From: the human T2T-CHM13v2.0 reference genome, Homo sapiens | Reading direction: 5' to 3' (one strand) | Assembly (NCBI RefSeq): GCF_009914755.1 | Contig: NC_060928.1 | Length of the DNA: 64,000 nucleotides | Shown: in pieces, positions 41,951-55,040 of the stretch | Position numbering within the stretch: position 1 is the first letter of the stretch | Layout of the letters: each line of letters starts with the position of its first letter | The notes under the pieces: model-generated | What the model was told of the DNA's origin: nothing | Database searches by the model: none | What the model saw: the letters and a program-made list of their open reading frames with translations, nothing else | Program-made: the position numbers and the translations under genes

Positions 41951-42816
41951 TGTTATCAATACCAAAAAAACAGTGTATATTTAGGTATGTATTGCCTTCC
42001 TTATTTTGTTCCCAAAAAACTGTAAAAGAAATAGGTTTCACTGTCTTCTTCTCTTCATAGAATTTCTCCAAAAACAATGGAAGCATAATAATAATAATAA
42101 CAATTTTTCCTATTAAGACTTAGCAGAAAGCAGTGGAAACGAGTTGTAAACAATTTGTTAGGCAATGCTTTAGAAATTAACATTTACTAAAAATCAATGT
42201 TTTTATTCTCTTTCAAATCTCTGTTTTTTTTTGTTAGCACATAAAACCCATAATTTATTCATTTAGTCATTTTGTACATATTTATGGTATATGCATTATG
42301 ATCCTGACAGTGTTGATTATCAAACAAAAATGGCAATATTACAGTAGTATTATGCACTTAATATGCTTTATTTCAATTTACCAAATACCTAGATGATCTA
42401 TATAAAACATGAACCTTAAATTTAATTTCAATGAAAATAGATGTAATGAAGCATTGGTCTACTCCTAAAACCTTTTAAGCTTTTATAGATTTTCCTTAAA
42501 CATGAAAGGTATGTTTCTTATTATTGTACAAAAACAGTTTAACTGCTTACAACCTTTTATAGTTTTTTAAGTTAGATTTCTGGTCATTTCTAAGTATAAC
42601 TAGGCAAAATAAATCATGAAAAACTATACATGCTGAAGCCATGGAGACTTATAGCTGTGTTAGAATGGTGTTGCATATTAAGACATCAACCTGACTTCCA
42701 AATTGACATTTGTTTTCAATTTAACTTTTTAAATGATTTTTTAACTTTGAAAAAAATTATATAAGAACATTTTGAAAAAAAATCTGTGAAAGAGAAATCC
42801 ATCAATAATGTCTAAC

Positions 42817-44371
42817 AATTACAGGATCTTAGGGGTGTCACTTTTCCGGCTGGAAACTTCTATGGCTGGTGTTGCCTTTTCCTGAGTTTTTCTCCAGCCC
42901 ACCGGGCTAGTTCTCCCCACTTGGCTTGGCAGGCTGCCCTAAACTTGCGCTGCCAGCCTGGATCCCGTGTCTCCAATGATAAGCCAAGCCCATGAACAAG
43001 TGAGTGTGGGGTCTGGCCACTGTGCACAGCCAGGCACACTGGCTGTGGCAGGGTGGGTAGCTCCAGGCACCAACACAGGCACTACCTCCCTGCAAGGCTA
43101 CAGCTGGACTAGGTGTATGTCAAGCAGCTTCCACAGCTGGCACTGGGGAATGCGGCAGCACCTGGAAGCTTGGAGATGCCAGGAACCAGAGAGCCCAAAG
43201 AGGGTGTCACAGCACTGGCTCAGGGAGCTCCTAGGTATGGACTTCCCAAAGGGTCGAAGCTCTTCTCTCCCTCTCTCTTCTCTCTTTCTCATTGCCCAGT
43301 AACTTGGTGAGCAAGGGGCATGGTCCAGCCTGTTTGTGTTATAGCTTTTTCAGCCCTGCCATTCAGTGGGTGCCAAGGCCTTGTCCCGTGTCCAGGGAGA
43401 ATGAGGTATGTGGACAAGTGGACGGTGAGCAATGAAAAGAGGTGCTTTATTGAGCCACAGTATGGCTCAGATGATACCCACACTGGGTAGCTCCTCTCCT
43501 CAGGCAAGGTGTCCTGATGAGTGTTCAGCTGTCAGCAGAAAGGAGACCATAGTAGGTAGTTCCTCTTTGCAGGCAGGGTGTCCCATCATCTCCTGGATTC
43601 TGGCTGAGTCCAGAGTTTTTATCAGCTTCAGATGGGAGGAAGTGTGAGCTGATTGGTCCATGGCTGGCCATGGGTGGCCATGGGTGGGCTCAGAAAAAGC
43701 ACCATAAATTCTTACTCCAGGCCATGGAACTGGCAACCCAGCCCCCAAGGCTATTTTTGGCCTCAAGATGGTGTTTCACTGGGAACCCACCCCTTTCTTT
43801 CCAGCAGCCTGTCTGTCCCCTGCCATCTGCTGCCTATGGTACCCACAGTATGCAGGCTGTTCATGCCCAGGGGCACCTGCAGGCTTGCACTGAGCTGCCC
43901 TAAGCCACTCCCCGGCCTACCCTCCACTGCTCATCAGTGCCCAAAGTCCAGAAAAGGCCAAGGCAACATGGGGCTGGTGTGTCAGTGCTGCCCCAAGTGT
44001 GTGCACACCCATCCAGTTTGCAACAGTGCCTAGGCTCGGCCTCAACTTTGCTCAGAAATTGGAGGGGGCACCAGGAGTGGGGAGAGGCCAGGCAGTAGGA
44101 GCAAGCACTTCTGAGCCTGTGCTTCTCTGGGGCAGAGAGGCTTCTTGGCTCCCGAGAGTGTATAGATCCCTGGGTCTACACAGGGATGTCCAGTTCCACA
44201 GCCATGGCTGGGAGGCTGTGGCTTTGCCTGGGGAGCCTGAGGCTCCCACCGTATAAACTCAGAAGGGGCGGTGCTCCTGCTGGCTCCATGGAGTGCACAG
44301 CCCTGTCTGCGTCTCCAGACTGCAGCCGGCATCTTTGCAGTGGCCGGCAAGACTGGCCACCACTGCCATCT
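42817..44371 (-). mobile_element. MER52 (MER52A-like) ERV1 solo LTR, ~1.55 kb
   Basis: GC-rich block from TTACAGGATCTTAGGGGTGTCACTTTTCCGGCTGGAAAC to CACTGCCATC; 4-bp TSD taac (42813-42816 / 44372-44375). Confidence 0.9.
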
Positions 44372-44435
44372 TAACTACATATTCTACGACTCTCTCCCAT
44401 CTGCAGTTTTACTAATAAAGGACCTAGTTTGGGAT

Positions 44436-44610
44436 CTTTTTCCTTCTTTCCTTCCTTCCTTCCTTCCTTCCTTCCTTCCCTCCCTCCCTCCCTCCTTCCT
44501 TCCTTCTTTCCTTCCTTCTTCCTTCCTTCCCTCCCTCCCTCCTTCCTTTTTCCTTCCTCCCTTGCTTTCTTCCCTCCTATCTTCCTTCTTTTTCTCTTTT
44601 CTTTCTTTTT
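44436..44610. repeat. (CCTT)n/(CCCT)n polypyrimidine tract
   Basis: About 175 bp almost entirely C/T on the + strand. Confidence 0.95.
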
Positions 44611-46026
44611 GACACTGCCTTGAGTTTATCAGGCCATTTGAACCTAAGGACTAGTGTCTTTCTTTATGAACATCCTCTGCCCTCTTTCCTCTGTTTTCTC
44701 CTTCTGACACTCAGAATAAACATATGCTAGACATTCTCTATTCTTCCATGTCTTTTAAGTTCCGTTTCATATTACCCATTTTTTCCTTTTGTATGTTCAT
44801 GTTGGCCAGGCTATGCCTATCAAAGTCACTTTTAGAAAACATGAGCTCATCAAAGAAAAAAAAAAAAAAGAAAGAAAAAAAGTGAGGTCATGGTGAAAAC
44901 ACCAGCATCAGTAATTATCTTCCCTGTTACTTTTCCTGTGAGAGAACGGGATTCTCCTGGCCACTGGATCTGCTTCTTACTAAATCTGAAACAAAAACGT
45001 ATCAAGTTACATCAAAATCCTGGCCAATCTAGAGTTTGTTAATGAATTCGTTCCATCCAAGAAATGGGGTCTTCAAAATGCCAAAGGAGAGTTTCCAGGG
45101 AAGTCACAGCATGTAACAGGTATTGGCATTCTGGATTTAAATTGTAGGGGCAGTTGGATGACTGGCAGGACTCTAGTCCAACCCCTACTTTTCTCCGTGA
45201 CAACCTGCTGGTTGGAGATGAGATACAGGAGCTGGAAACATACCGTTATCTAATGTCTGGCCTCTCAATTATTTCATATCCCCATGTGGTTTTTCTCTCT
45301 GTTTCCTCTCTCATAGGAAAAGTAAGACAATTTACGTTTGTGCAGTAAGCCTTTACTGGAAACCCTGCTGCACTGTCTCAATTCAGGAGTGTCTACTTCT
45401 TCAAAGTGCTCTTCGTAACCCTCTTAGATTGTTACCTGGAAAAATTCTCTTCTAGATGGACAATTTCTTACAAATGGTTATCAGTCTATCATATGAACCC
45501 TCTGTTAGTCAGAGTAACTAACATAAGTAGGCACAGTAAACAAGTCGTGAAACCTTTTCAGCTTAATGCATTTATACATTCAAAAAGTCAGATGTGGTCC
45601 TTCATCAGGTGCATCAGCTGGAATATCCGGCTTCTGAATTTCTGTGGAACTGTAAGAATGAGATGGGGTTTGCCCACCAGCTCTTAATTTCTTTTGGCCA
45701 GGAACAAAATACATGACTTATGTTTTGGGCATCCAGAACCCATCTCACATGAGTCCTACCTAACTGCAAAGGCGGCTAGGAAAGTAAGGCGTCGCAGGCC
45801 AGATTTGTTGAACTCTAAATATCCCTGCTCCAAATCTTATCATCCTACACCCTGCCACATGTTTGTTGTTGCAGTTGTTATTTTGTACATCAATCAAGTT
45901 TTCTATAAAAACACCAGAAGACACTTCTTATACTTTGGGATCAATGGGTAATTCTCAGTGACAGATACTGTAGAGTCTTTTAAACAATCACATGCCTCAG
46001 ACTCTGTGGACTTCCAACTTTATAAC

Positions 46027-46331
46027 TTTTTTTTCTTTTTTTTTTTGAGACAGTGTCTCCCTCTGTCACTCAGGCTAGGGGTGCAGTGGCACAATCTCAG
46101 CTCACTACAACCTCCACCTCCTGGGTTCCAGCAATTCTCCTGCCTCAGCCTCCCAAGTAGCTGTGATTACAGGTGTATACAAACACACCCGGCTAATTTT
46201 TTTGTATCTTTCATAGAGACAGGTTTTCACCATGTTGGCCAGTCTGGTCTCGAACTCCTGACCTCAGGTGATCTGCCTGTCTCAGCCTTCCAAAGTGCCG
46301 GGATTACAGGCATGAGCCATTGCGCCTGGCC
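46027..46331 (-). mobile_element. Alu (AluSx-like)
   Basis: Poly-T, full reverse body ending TGCGCCTGGCC. Confidence 0.97.
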
Positions 46332-46929
46332 CAACATTTTTATAGCTCAATTTTTCTGTGGTCTTCCCTATTTTCAGAAAAGAAACGTCTTCATAGTTTC
46401 AAATATTTCTTCACAATGTATTGAACAATAGAAATACAGTATCTTAGAGACCCAGTTTGAATTTTTGGATCAAAGAAGCAGCTCAGAAATTCAAACATAC
46501 CCATCATCAAACTTCTTTAACTTCTAAACAAGACTATAGATTCATCCCAGAATATCATTTCCTGAAATTATAGTTTTCTAGAGTTTCTTAATTTAGTGAA
46601 CTCACATAATTAAAAGCTTAAATTCCTGTTTGACATCTACTTCTATACTATACTTTTCTCACCTGTTAAAATTTTGATTTGAATGCCCCTTTGATTTTAA
46701 TGTGGTATTATTTGAACTCTGATGAATAATGCTTTGAAATTCAGGGTGATTAGAAAAAATGTCTAGCTAGGTAACTTTGTCACAGTATAGTTGGATATTG
46801 TCACTGGAATCACTGTCATAGTCTGGTGTTTGCTTATCACTGGAGTGGCCACTGTGCACATCCACAGTTTTACTAATGGGGATAAAGAGAAAAGGGTTGC
46901 CCATTTTTCCTGTCTATAATATTGCTGCA

Positions 46930-47075
46930 TAATAGCCGTATGTCCGTGAGTGCTTTCTAAAGCTGGTTGCTCATCAGTTTCCTCATCTGTAAAATGAGGG
47001 GGACAGTAGTCTCTACATTATAGGGCTATTTAAAAGATTAAGTGAGTTAAAATATGTTGAGCTATTTAGTACTAT
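46930..47075 (+). mobile_element. MIR fragment (probable local copy of 48023-48171)
   Basis: Core TCAGTTTCCTCATCTGTAAAATG; shares non-consensus bases with the downstream MIR. Confidence 0.85.
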
Positions 47076-47478
47076 CGGGTGGTGTTTGATGGAGAGACTC
47101 AGCTTGATCTTTATATTTAATCATTACCGTATATTGAAGGGTTTGGAGAGGATTGACTAAGGAAGCATTTTACTCATTGATGAAAGAAGAAAAAAAACTT
47201 AGTTGTGCTCACCTGGCCTGCTAGAAGATTATGCAGTGTCTTAATAGCATGTGGTATATTATGTAGTGCTTAATTAATGAAATAAAAGTAAAGGTTTTAA
47301 AAATCTAGATATTCATCACAAATGTGGAGAAAAAATGTTTAAAACCAACATCTCTTTCATTTCAAATGCTAGGGAAATAAGACTTCCACATATCTATTTA
47401 ATGATTATTCATGTTATTGATTATTAATACAAAATGTTATAAATTAGTAATTAAAAACAAACATAAAAAGCAAAAATA

Positions 47479-47720
47479 GGCCAGGTGTGGTGGCTCATGC
47501 CTATAATATAGAGTTTTGGGAGGCGAAGGCAGGAGGATCACTTGAGGCCAGGAGTTTGAGACCAGCCTGGGCAACATAGCAAGCCCCCGTCTCTGCAAAA
47601 ATTTAAAAACTTAAGCAAGCGTAGTGACACGTATCTGTAGTTCTAGCTATTTGGGAGACTGTGTTGGGAAGAGAGCAAAAACTTGGGTCTCCTTAAAAAT
47701 AAAAACAACAACAACAAAAA
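47479..47720 (+). mobile_element. AluJ with right-arm deletion and (CAA)n tail
   Basis: GGCCAGGTGTGGTGGCTCATGCC...CACTTGAGGCCAGGAG; the right arm jumps to GAGCAAAAAC and the tail. Confidence 0.9.
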
Positions 47721-47775
47721 CCCCCGTACAAAAAGGTTTCAATGCCATATTCTGCATTCAGAATGCCTGGGATGT

Positions 47776-47987
47776 TAACTGTCTTTGAACAACAATGCAT
47801 TATATACTTCAAAATAAATAGGAGAGAACTTGAAAGGTTCCTAACGCATAGCAATGATAAATACTCAAGGTGACGCATACCCTAAATACTCTGACATAAT
47901 CATTACACATTCTATTCATGTAAAAGAATATCACATGCATCTCATAAATACGTAGGAAAATTACATTATCAGTAAAAATTTTTTAGA
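47776..47987 (+). mobile_element. L1MA 3' end inserted in a MIR
   Basis: ATGATAAATACTCAAGGTGACGCATACCCTAAATACTCTGAC...ATCATTACACATTCTAT; 16-bp TSD agaatgcctgggatgt (47760-47775 / 47988-48003). Confidence 0.88.
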
Positions 47988-48210
47988 AGAATGCCTGGGA
48001 TGTAAACCTTGGTGCCGCTACTTAATAGCCATATGTCCCTGAGTAGTGCTTTCTTTAAGTTTTTGTTCCTCAGTTTCCTCATCTGTAAAATGAAAGTGGT
48101 AATAATATCTACCTTATAGGGTTGTTTAAAAGATTAATTGAGTCAAAATATGTTAAGATACTTAGTACTATGTCTGGCATATTATAAGTAAAAGTATCTA
48201 TTTATTATAA
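47988..48210 (+). mobile_element. MIR
   Basis: TGCCTGGG...CCTCAGTTTCCTCATCTGTAAAATG...TGTCTGGCAT. Confidence 0.85.
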
Positions 48211-48844
48211 TTCAGACAAAATATGAAGTATCAATTTTTATTAAGCATTTATTTTCCCAATTAAGTTTTTTAAAATTACTTTTACCGTACATTAATTATT
48301 GTTAATAAAATAATAACCATAAAACATCTGTAATTCTAATTTTTACCAAGTCACTTCTTTGCTTAACAGAGAGATTGTTTTTGATGGTACTGTACTGTTA
48401 GTCAACCCAGATTATTGTGTTTCTGCATGTATTATATGTGAAGATAAAATTTTACTCAAAATTTCCTGTTTTTCACAAATTACTTAGGCTCTGCTATATA
48501 TTTGATTATTCAGTGATAACAATGAGTAAGATTCTTTACTAACCCGTAATACACACATTTCTTATTAAGAAAAAATAAGTGTAGTTTATGAGAAAATCTA
48601 TCTCTGCATTCACAAAGCAAGGGGAAAGTTTATCTCCACAAAATTAGATGAGGCTATGAATATTTACAAGAATAAGTTTATGTGTCTCTTAGGTTGATGC
48701 CTATAGATTATATTCCTAATCATCAATAGATATAATAAATTTATTATTAGACACTGACCTCAAAATATGTATTACTTTAAAAATGAATGAGCATTGCACC
48801 TAAAAAGAATTTTTTAATTTGAAAAAAGTAATGACTTCATACAA

Positions 48845-49064
48845 CAAGGGTAGGCAAACTACCACGTACTAACCTACAAACCTGCCCTGCAGCTTATTTT
48901 TGTAAATAGTTTTATTGAAACAAAAGTAAATTCATTCATTTGCAACTTAGTTTTGCTACTTTTATGCTATACTATCAGAATTAAGTAGTTTCAGCAGTGA
49001 CTACGCAGCACATTCCGTGGAAAATACTTATTCTCTTAGTTTTTACAGAAAATATTTGCTGTAC
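48845..49064 (+). mobile_element. MER58A (hAT-Charlie)
   Basis: GGGTAGGCAAACT...TTTTTGTAAATAGTTTTATTGAAAC...TTTACAGAAAATATTTGCTG. Confidence 0.75.
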
Positions 49065-49468
49065 TATATTATGGAAAACATATACACCTTACAAGATGAG
49101 ATTTAGGCACATATCTTTAGTACATTTTCAAATGTTTAATGTAAATGCTCATTTGAAATAATAAATAATGTATTTTTACTGCCAAAGTGTTGTTCAAGAA
49201 TAAGAATAATAATTTTTCAAGAATAAGAGTTGTTGCTATTTCAAAGAAGACACTGACAGAAAAATTTGCTTTGTATGGATATATGGGTGGTATGCTATGA
49301 AATTGTACAAAAACATATAAATCAAAAGTTAAAAACAGTATTTTTGGACACCCTGATTAATATTAATATAAGGCTTTTTATCTAAATATCAAAGTTTAAG
49401 ATATGCATATATGCCTGAAATTATAGGTATATGTAGGTATATTACACTCTTCAGGTTTCTTTTGTGTG

Positions 49469-49474
<6 letters not shown>

Positions 49475-49502
<28 letters not shown>
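49475..49502. repeat. (TG)14 microsatellite
   Basis: Perfect TG run flanked by TA. Confidence 0.95.
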
Positions 49503-49511
<9 letters not shown>

Positions 49512-52500
49512 TAGCACCACTTCCTTCTCTATGTGCCATTACACTAATATGAATCAGGTTTCCTTGATTCTTCTTATAAACCATTTTTTATTAAAAAAAT
49601 TATGTAATATTAACAAAAGCAATGAGGAGATATTTTGGGTAGGTTGTTTGTGACAATCTAGTTGTCTTCTTAACATCCCTTTCACCATATTTATCAGCAA
49701 TATTTGTGGATTCTCACTTTAACCTCAATGAGAGAAACCCCATCCCCTCCCTGTACCCCCTCCCTCTTGCCACAGTGATAAGCTCAGGTAACCTATGCCA
49801 ACTGCAGCCAACACATGACATATTCCTGGAGAAAATAATACTTTCAAAAATGGGCATTTGAGTCTGTTTGAATCAATAAAACATGATGACAGGTTTTCTC
49901 GAAAAGATGGGAAAGAAAATGCCTTCCCAAAATGTGGTATGCAACTAATGTTGTTACCAAGAGGAAAGCTTGGGGCGAAATAGAGTCTTTGCAAAAATAA
50001 GTAGATTCCTGCATCAAGCAAAAATTGACCATTTTTCTGCCTCATCTTAAAGTTGTGAGCCAAAAATGATGTGCTTTTGACAGTTTGATTTGTTACTTCT
50101 ATATCAAAACTCTTAAAATATATAGATTATATTTCAATTCTCCAGCATAACTCAGGATTCATTAGCTCATTCATTAATTTATTTAAAGAGTTATTCACGA
50201 ACTGTATATCATAGACACAAGCAAATAGATTATTAAAGTTTCAAACATAATTTTTATAATTCTTGTTTTACATTCAGATGTCACAAAATAGTACCAGTTA
50301 CATGTACAAAGTTGCCATATTATGATGAATAGGAAATATTTTCCAAAACCGTATCATAGTTTCAGTTCATAAATTCTCCAAACTTTGATAATAAACTTAA
50401 AATAAATATAGTCCTCAACAGGTACATTGACTGAAATACAATTCTATGAAATGGAAACAAACTGTAAATATACTCATATATAAAGAAGCATTTAGCATTT
50501 CTTAATCCTGTGTTTTTAGTAAATCAATACATCATTGAATAATTTTTTTTTGAAAATGAAATAAGATTTTATTCATCTATGGACACTACACCAGAACAAT
50601 TGGTCTGTAGCATGTCTGAGGAGGAGGCCTGTCATTTCTGTCTCAGAATGTCAGGGAGTTAAATCTGATTGATTTGATTTTGCTCCTTCCTAAACCTTGT
50701 GGAAATGAGAGAAAAAATCTTCACCTCCATGTAATAAATAAAAGATAGACAAAAGATACATAATTAAATACATCAAATATACAACATATTTAAGCTGTAG
50801 AGAAGCAACATTGAAGATTCCGGGTAGTTGCCCTGGCCTTATCCTGTTTGTCTTTTCTTCTTCAACAGCTATCAGTGACTTCTGGTTAGAGGTCACTGCG
50901 CCCTCCTGCTTCTTAAAGTGTTAAAATACTTTTGAGTAAAGGGCTTTCCAATCTTAGACTATTTGCATTTTAATAAGAAACTATTGAAGATTGAAAAACC
51001 TTTAGGACTTAAAGGAAAACACTTCTAATATTGCAAGGCAAGGCACTTGCAAGTTAATTCACAGTAAAAACAAAACTCATGAGGTGTTTGGATGCATAAT
51101 TTAACCTTGTGCAGTGCCATTCCTGTTTGACTAAAAGGACAATGAGGGACTTGATAATACTTCAAAGTTGCTTTTATTTCATTCTTCTTATAAATGGCCT
51201 AGATCAAGAATCGGAAAAATTTTCTTCCTCAAGCCAGTTTATTAAAATTTTACTCCAGACAACTTCTCTGTAATAAATTATATATTTGTAAACACAGGAA
51301 CTAACAATCATGTATCCACACAGAGCAAATCATGCTCTCATTTTCTCTCCGATGTCTGAGTGCATAGACTGTTTGTTGCCCTGTCAGTAATCTGTCCAAA
51401 CATCACAATCAGTAAACTGGCTGTATGCACCTTGGTGCAGACTTGTCTTTCAAGTAGAGATTACTAATTGTCTGGAAGAAGCAATACCTGCTATTATCTT
51501 CCCTGAAAAATATTTCAAGCACTAAATGGTTCAAATATAAATGCCTTGAGTATGCCTGGTCTAGTCTTCAAAAATGATATGCTTTTATAAATTCCATTAA
51601 GGTACAGAGAAATGAAACAGATGACATGTAGTAAGGAGGAACTAAAAACATCATAGGAGGAGAAATAGAATTTAATTGTAAATTAGAGAATTAGACTTTT
51701 AGAAGACTGAAGATGAATGCCAATAATAAAAGGGATTTAAGCAGATAAAGCAAATCACATAATGTTTTATAAAGATTAAATGCATAAAAACTAAACAGGA
51801 AAATATTTAATAATAGAATGGAACAATTATATTTGTTTAAGATATAATTTAATCTCATTCTTTAAACAATTAAAAATAACTCTGAATGTGCTTAAATTAG
51901 ACAGATCCAACTATTTTTTAGGCAGTGGATTTCATGAAGATAATATCCAGGTAAGATCCCAATCTGAGAGTAATTCCTTTGGAAAAACCACTTGATATTT
52001 ATATGCTCTAAATCCAGGATTGTTGAATACTATAAACAGTATAAGGCTCTGCTTCTTAGAGATACTTAAATGAACAAATTGTTTACATGTAAAGAAAGGC
52101 AAAATTTTTCTTAGTAACTAACCAGGACTAACCAGAAAAACACAGTGGAGGAGCTCTGGTAAGATTGGCCTGATCCAAGGTACAAAGATATAAGGTGGCT
52201 TCACAAACTATTAGATACTTTACTTTCTATTACCTTATAATGAACTAGGATGAGACATTTTTCATTTTTATTGAATCCTATATAAATTATTGTTGATTTG
52301 TCATTTTTACTTAAGACAATAAATAAAACATCATAACATAACTGTATATAATTTTAAGAATTATTATGTAGAGCTAGAAGAGCATAAAACTAAGATCTCT
52401 GGTCATTTTCCAAACTTAACCCATGTTACTACTGAACTTGCAGACACTTATTTTCTTTACTACATTAATTTTATGTCCATCAGTTAGATCTAATGTTTTT

Positions 52501-52564
52501 AAATATGGTTTAGTATTTCTTAGCAATTCTAAGACTGAAAATAAGTTATTTCAATTAACATTAG

Positions 52565-52906
<342 letters not shown>

Positions 52907-53829
52907 TGGAAATATTTTTATTATGTAAAGGAGCTTACAATCTGATTTGTTTTACTTTAAAATTTGAAGAAAAATTATGAGAAACAATAAGAAGCCACAG
53001 TTTTTACTCTGGACATTTATATAAGCAAACTTTTTAAAATCTCTACCTTTAAATTTTCTCTTTTCTTATTAAAGGAATCTGATACCATTTTTATCTATAT
53101 TCATTCTAGGTATTTATTTTTTATGAATCTTATATCCAATAACATTTGCCAGCTCTACTAGAGGAATAGTATTGTGTTTTATATGAAATCTATTACCTAA
53201 GTGAACTGTGAAAAAAAACTTTACAATATATTTGAATTTAAAATCTTCAGTCAGTTCAATCATATTACTGACTCAATGACAGTGTCCTGAGCGAATCCAT
53301 TATTTAATTAAGATTCTCTGCTCTCCAGAGCTTCTCTCAGTATCTTCAGTACCTTTAGGTTCTTGAAAATCAACCATATTTAGAAAGAAAACTTTTCATT
53401 ACTTTTAACTGTGTTACTAATCCAACTAGATTTTAATTGTTTGTTTTCTTCCCTAAAATTTTTAAAATAAAACTTCTGGTAGGCACTCAATGATTTCATC
53501 TTGTTCTCCATTAGATCCATTATATTTGGTATTATTGGACACACAGTAGTTTTCCAGTAAATGTTGGTTAAATAAATGTACCAATTCCACCACCCCCTCC
53601 TCCCAACACAGTAAAAGATAAAGGAGAAAGGTAATCTTTCTGTGACAACACAGCAGGCATTTTCAACCACATATGTGCTAGATAGGGCAGAGGAAACAGG
53701 GAACTGAGGAAATGCTACGGCAGCAAGTCAAAAAACATGACATGAATGGTCACTCTAATGGTATCAGTAAAAATACAAACAAAAAACCAACAAACCAAAA
53801 ATCTCCACATTTTCGGAGTTAGAACTTAA

Positions 53830-53960
53830 ACATATTCAGGATTGGAGAGGTGCATTTAGGCAGCTTCGACATTGTTGATATTGTTTAATTCTTAATTTGG
53901 ATGATAGGTTCATGCTTAGTTTCATATATGCTATTTTATTTTGTATGTGTCATATAGTAC
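53830..53960 (+). mobile_element. old L1 (L1MC/ME) 3' fragment
   Basis: ATATTGTTTAATTCTTAATTTGGATGATAGGTTCATG resembles L1M 3' ends. Confidence 0.45.
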
Positions 53961-55040
53961 AGATGATAAACTTTTTAAAGAAAGAAGCCAAAATATTCTA
54001 ATATTTTGTACTTTAAAGGCGTATAAGTAATATATACCCCAATTTAGGCCTGAAATTTTTCTCATTAAGTAGAAAGTCACTGTCAGAAGGTGGCAGTGTA
54101 GTACTTTCCTTCCCAAATGAACGAAAATAGTTTAAAAATTACCAAAATGTAGCCTTTTCCAGATGCAGGCCTCAGGGCCACATTCAGTCCTGCAACTCTC
54201 TCCTCATTGCTGGGGATGTCTCATTAGGAGATTAACTGTTTAAAATGCAATGCTAATGTGAAAGTTTTAATTGGGAAATTCTGTGCATGTTAAATTAATC
54301 TTTCTTAGGTACTTTTATCTAGAATTCGTGTTTCTTTTCTACAATGTTTAGCCTTTCTGAATGCTGCACATTATTTCTCTGTGGAAAATAAATTGTATAC
54401 AGAATAATAATGTCCTTTAATATTTTAGATATATATTAAAATGCTGTTCAAGTTTCTTCTGTAATCACTTAATGCATAGCTTTAGCATAAACAAAATCTA
54501 CATTCTTATCCACTTATTATGAACTAACAATCTTTGAAAAATATAAAAAAGGAGTTGATTATGGGAATATGGAAGAGAATGAAGAAGTCAAATTTGGATC
54601 TCTGTTAGACAGGGAATGAGAGATACCTGGTTGTAACATTTATTAGAAAAAAATGACGTATGCCTTTATCTTAAGAATTAACATCATATTGATATTAATA
54701 TGAAATAATCAGAAAAAAACATGGTTTTGTAATGAGTGATGTCATAATTATTTAAATGATTAGCTTTGTTGAAAATATATATGGGCACAAATACATGAAT
54801 AGGATTGTATTTTCTAATTTCTAGTTAAAATGTAATCTTCATAATGTATTTAATTGTCATATATATATACACACACATTTGAATAACTTATGATGACTCT
54901 TCAACCAACAGACAATTAAGTTTTAAAACTATAAAAGCACATTTTGTTTTAAGATGGTTTTAGCTACTCTGATCTCAAGAACATACAATTTATAATTACA
55001 TAACTGTAATTTATTGGCATTAAGAATATAAAACATTGCA

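Noticed and set aside
42907-44374. Dense cluster of overlapping ORFs in GC-rich sequence suggesting a gene or CpG island
   Set aside because: Entirely within the MER52 LTR; high GC lowers stop frequency and CpGs are largely decayed
44271-44623. ORFs with PSFL repeats
   Set aside because: Translation of the (CCTT)n microsatellite
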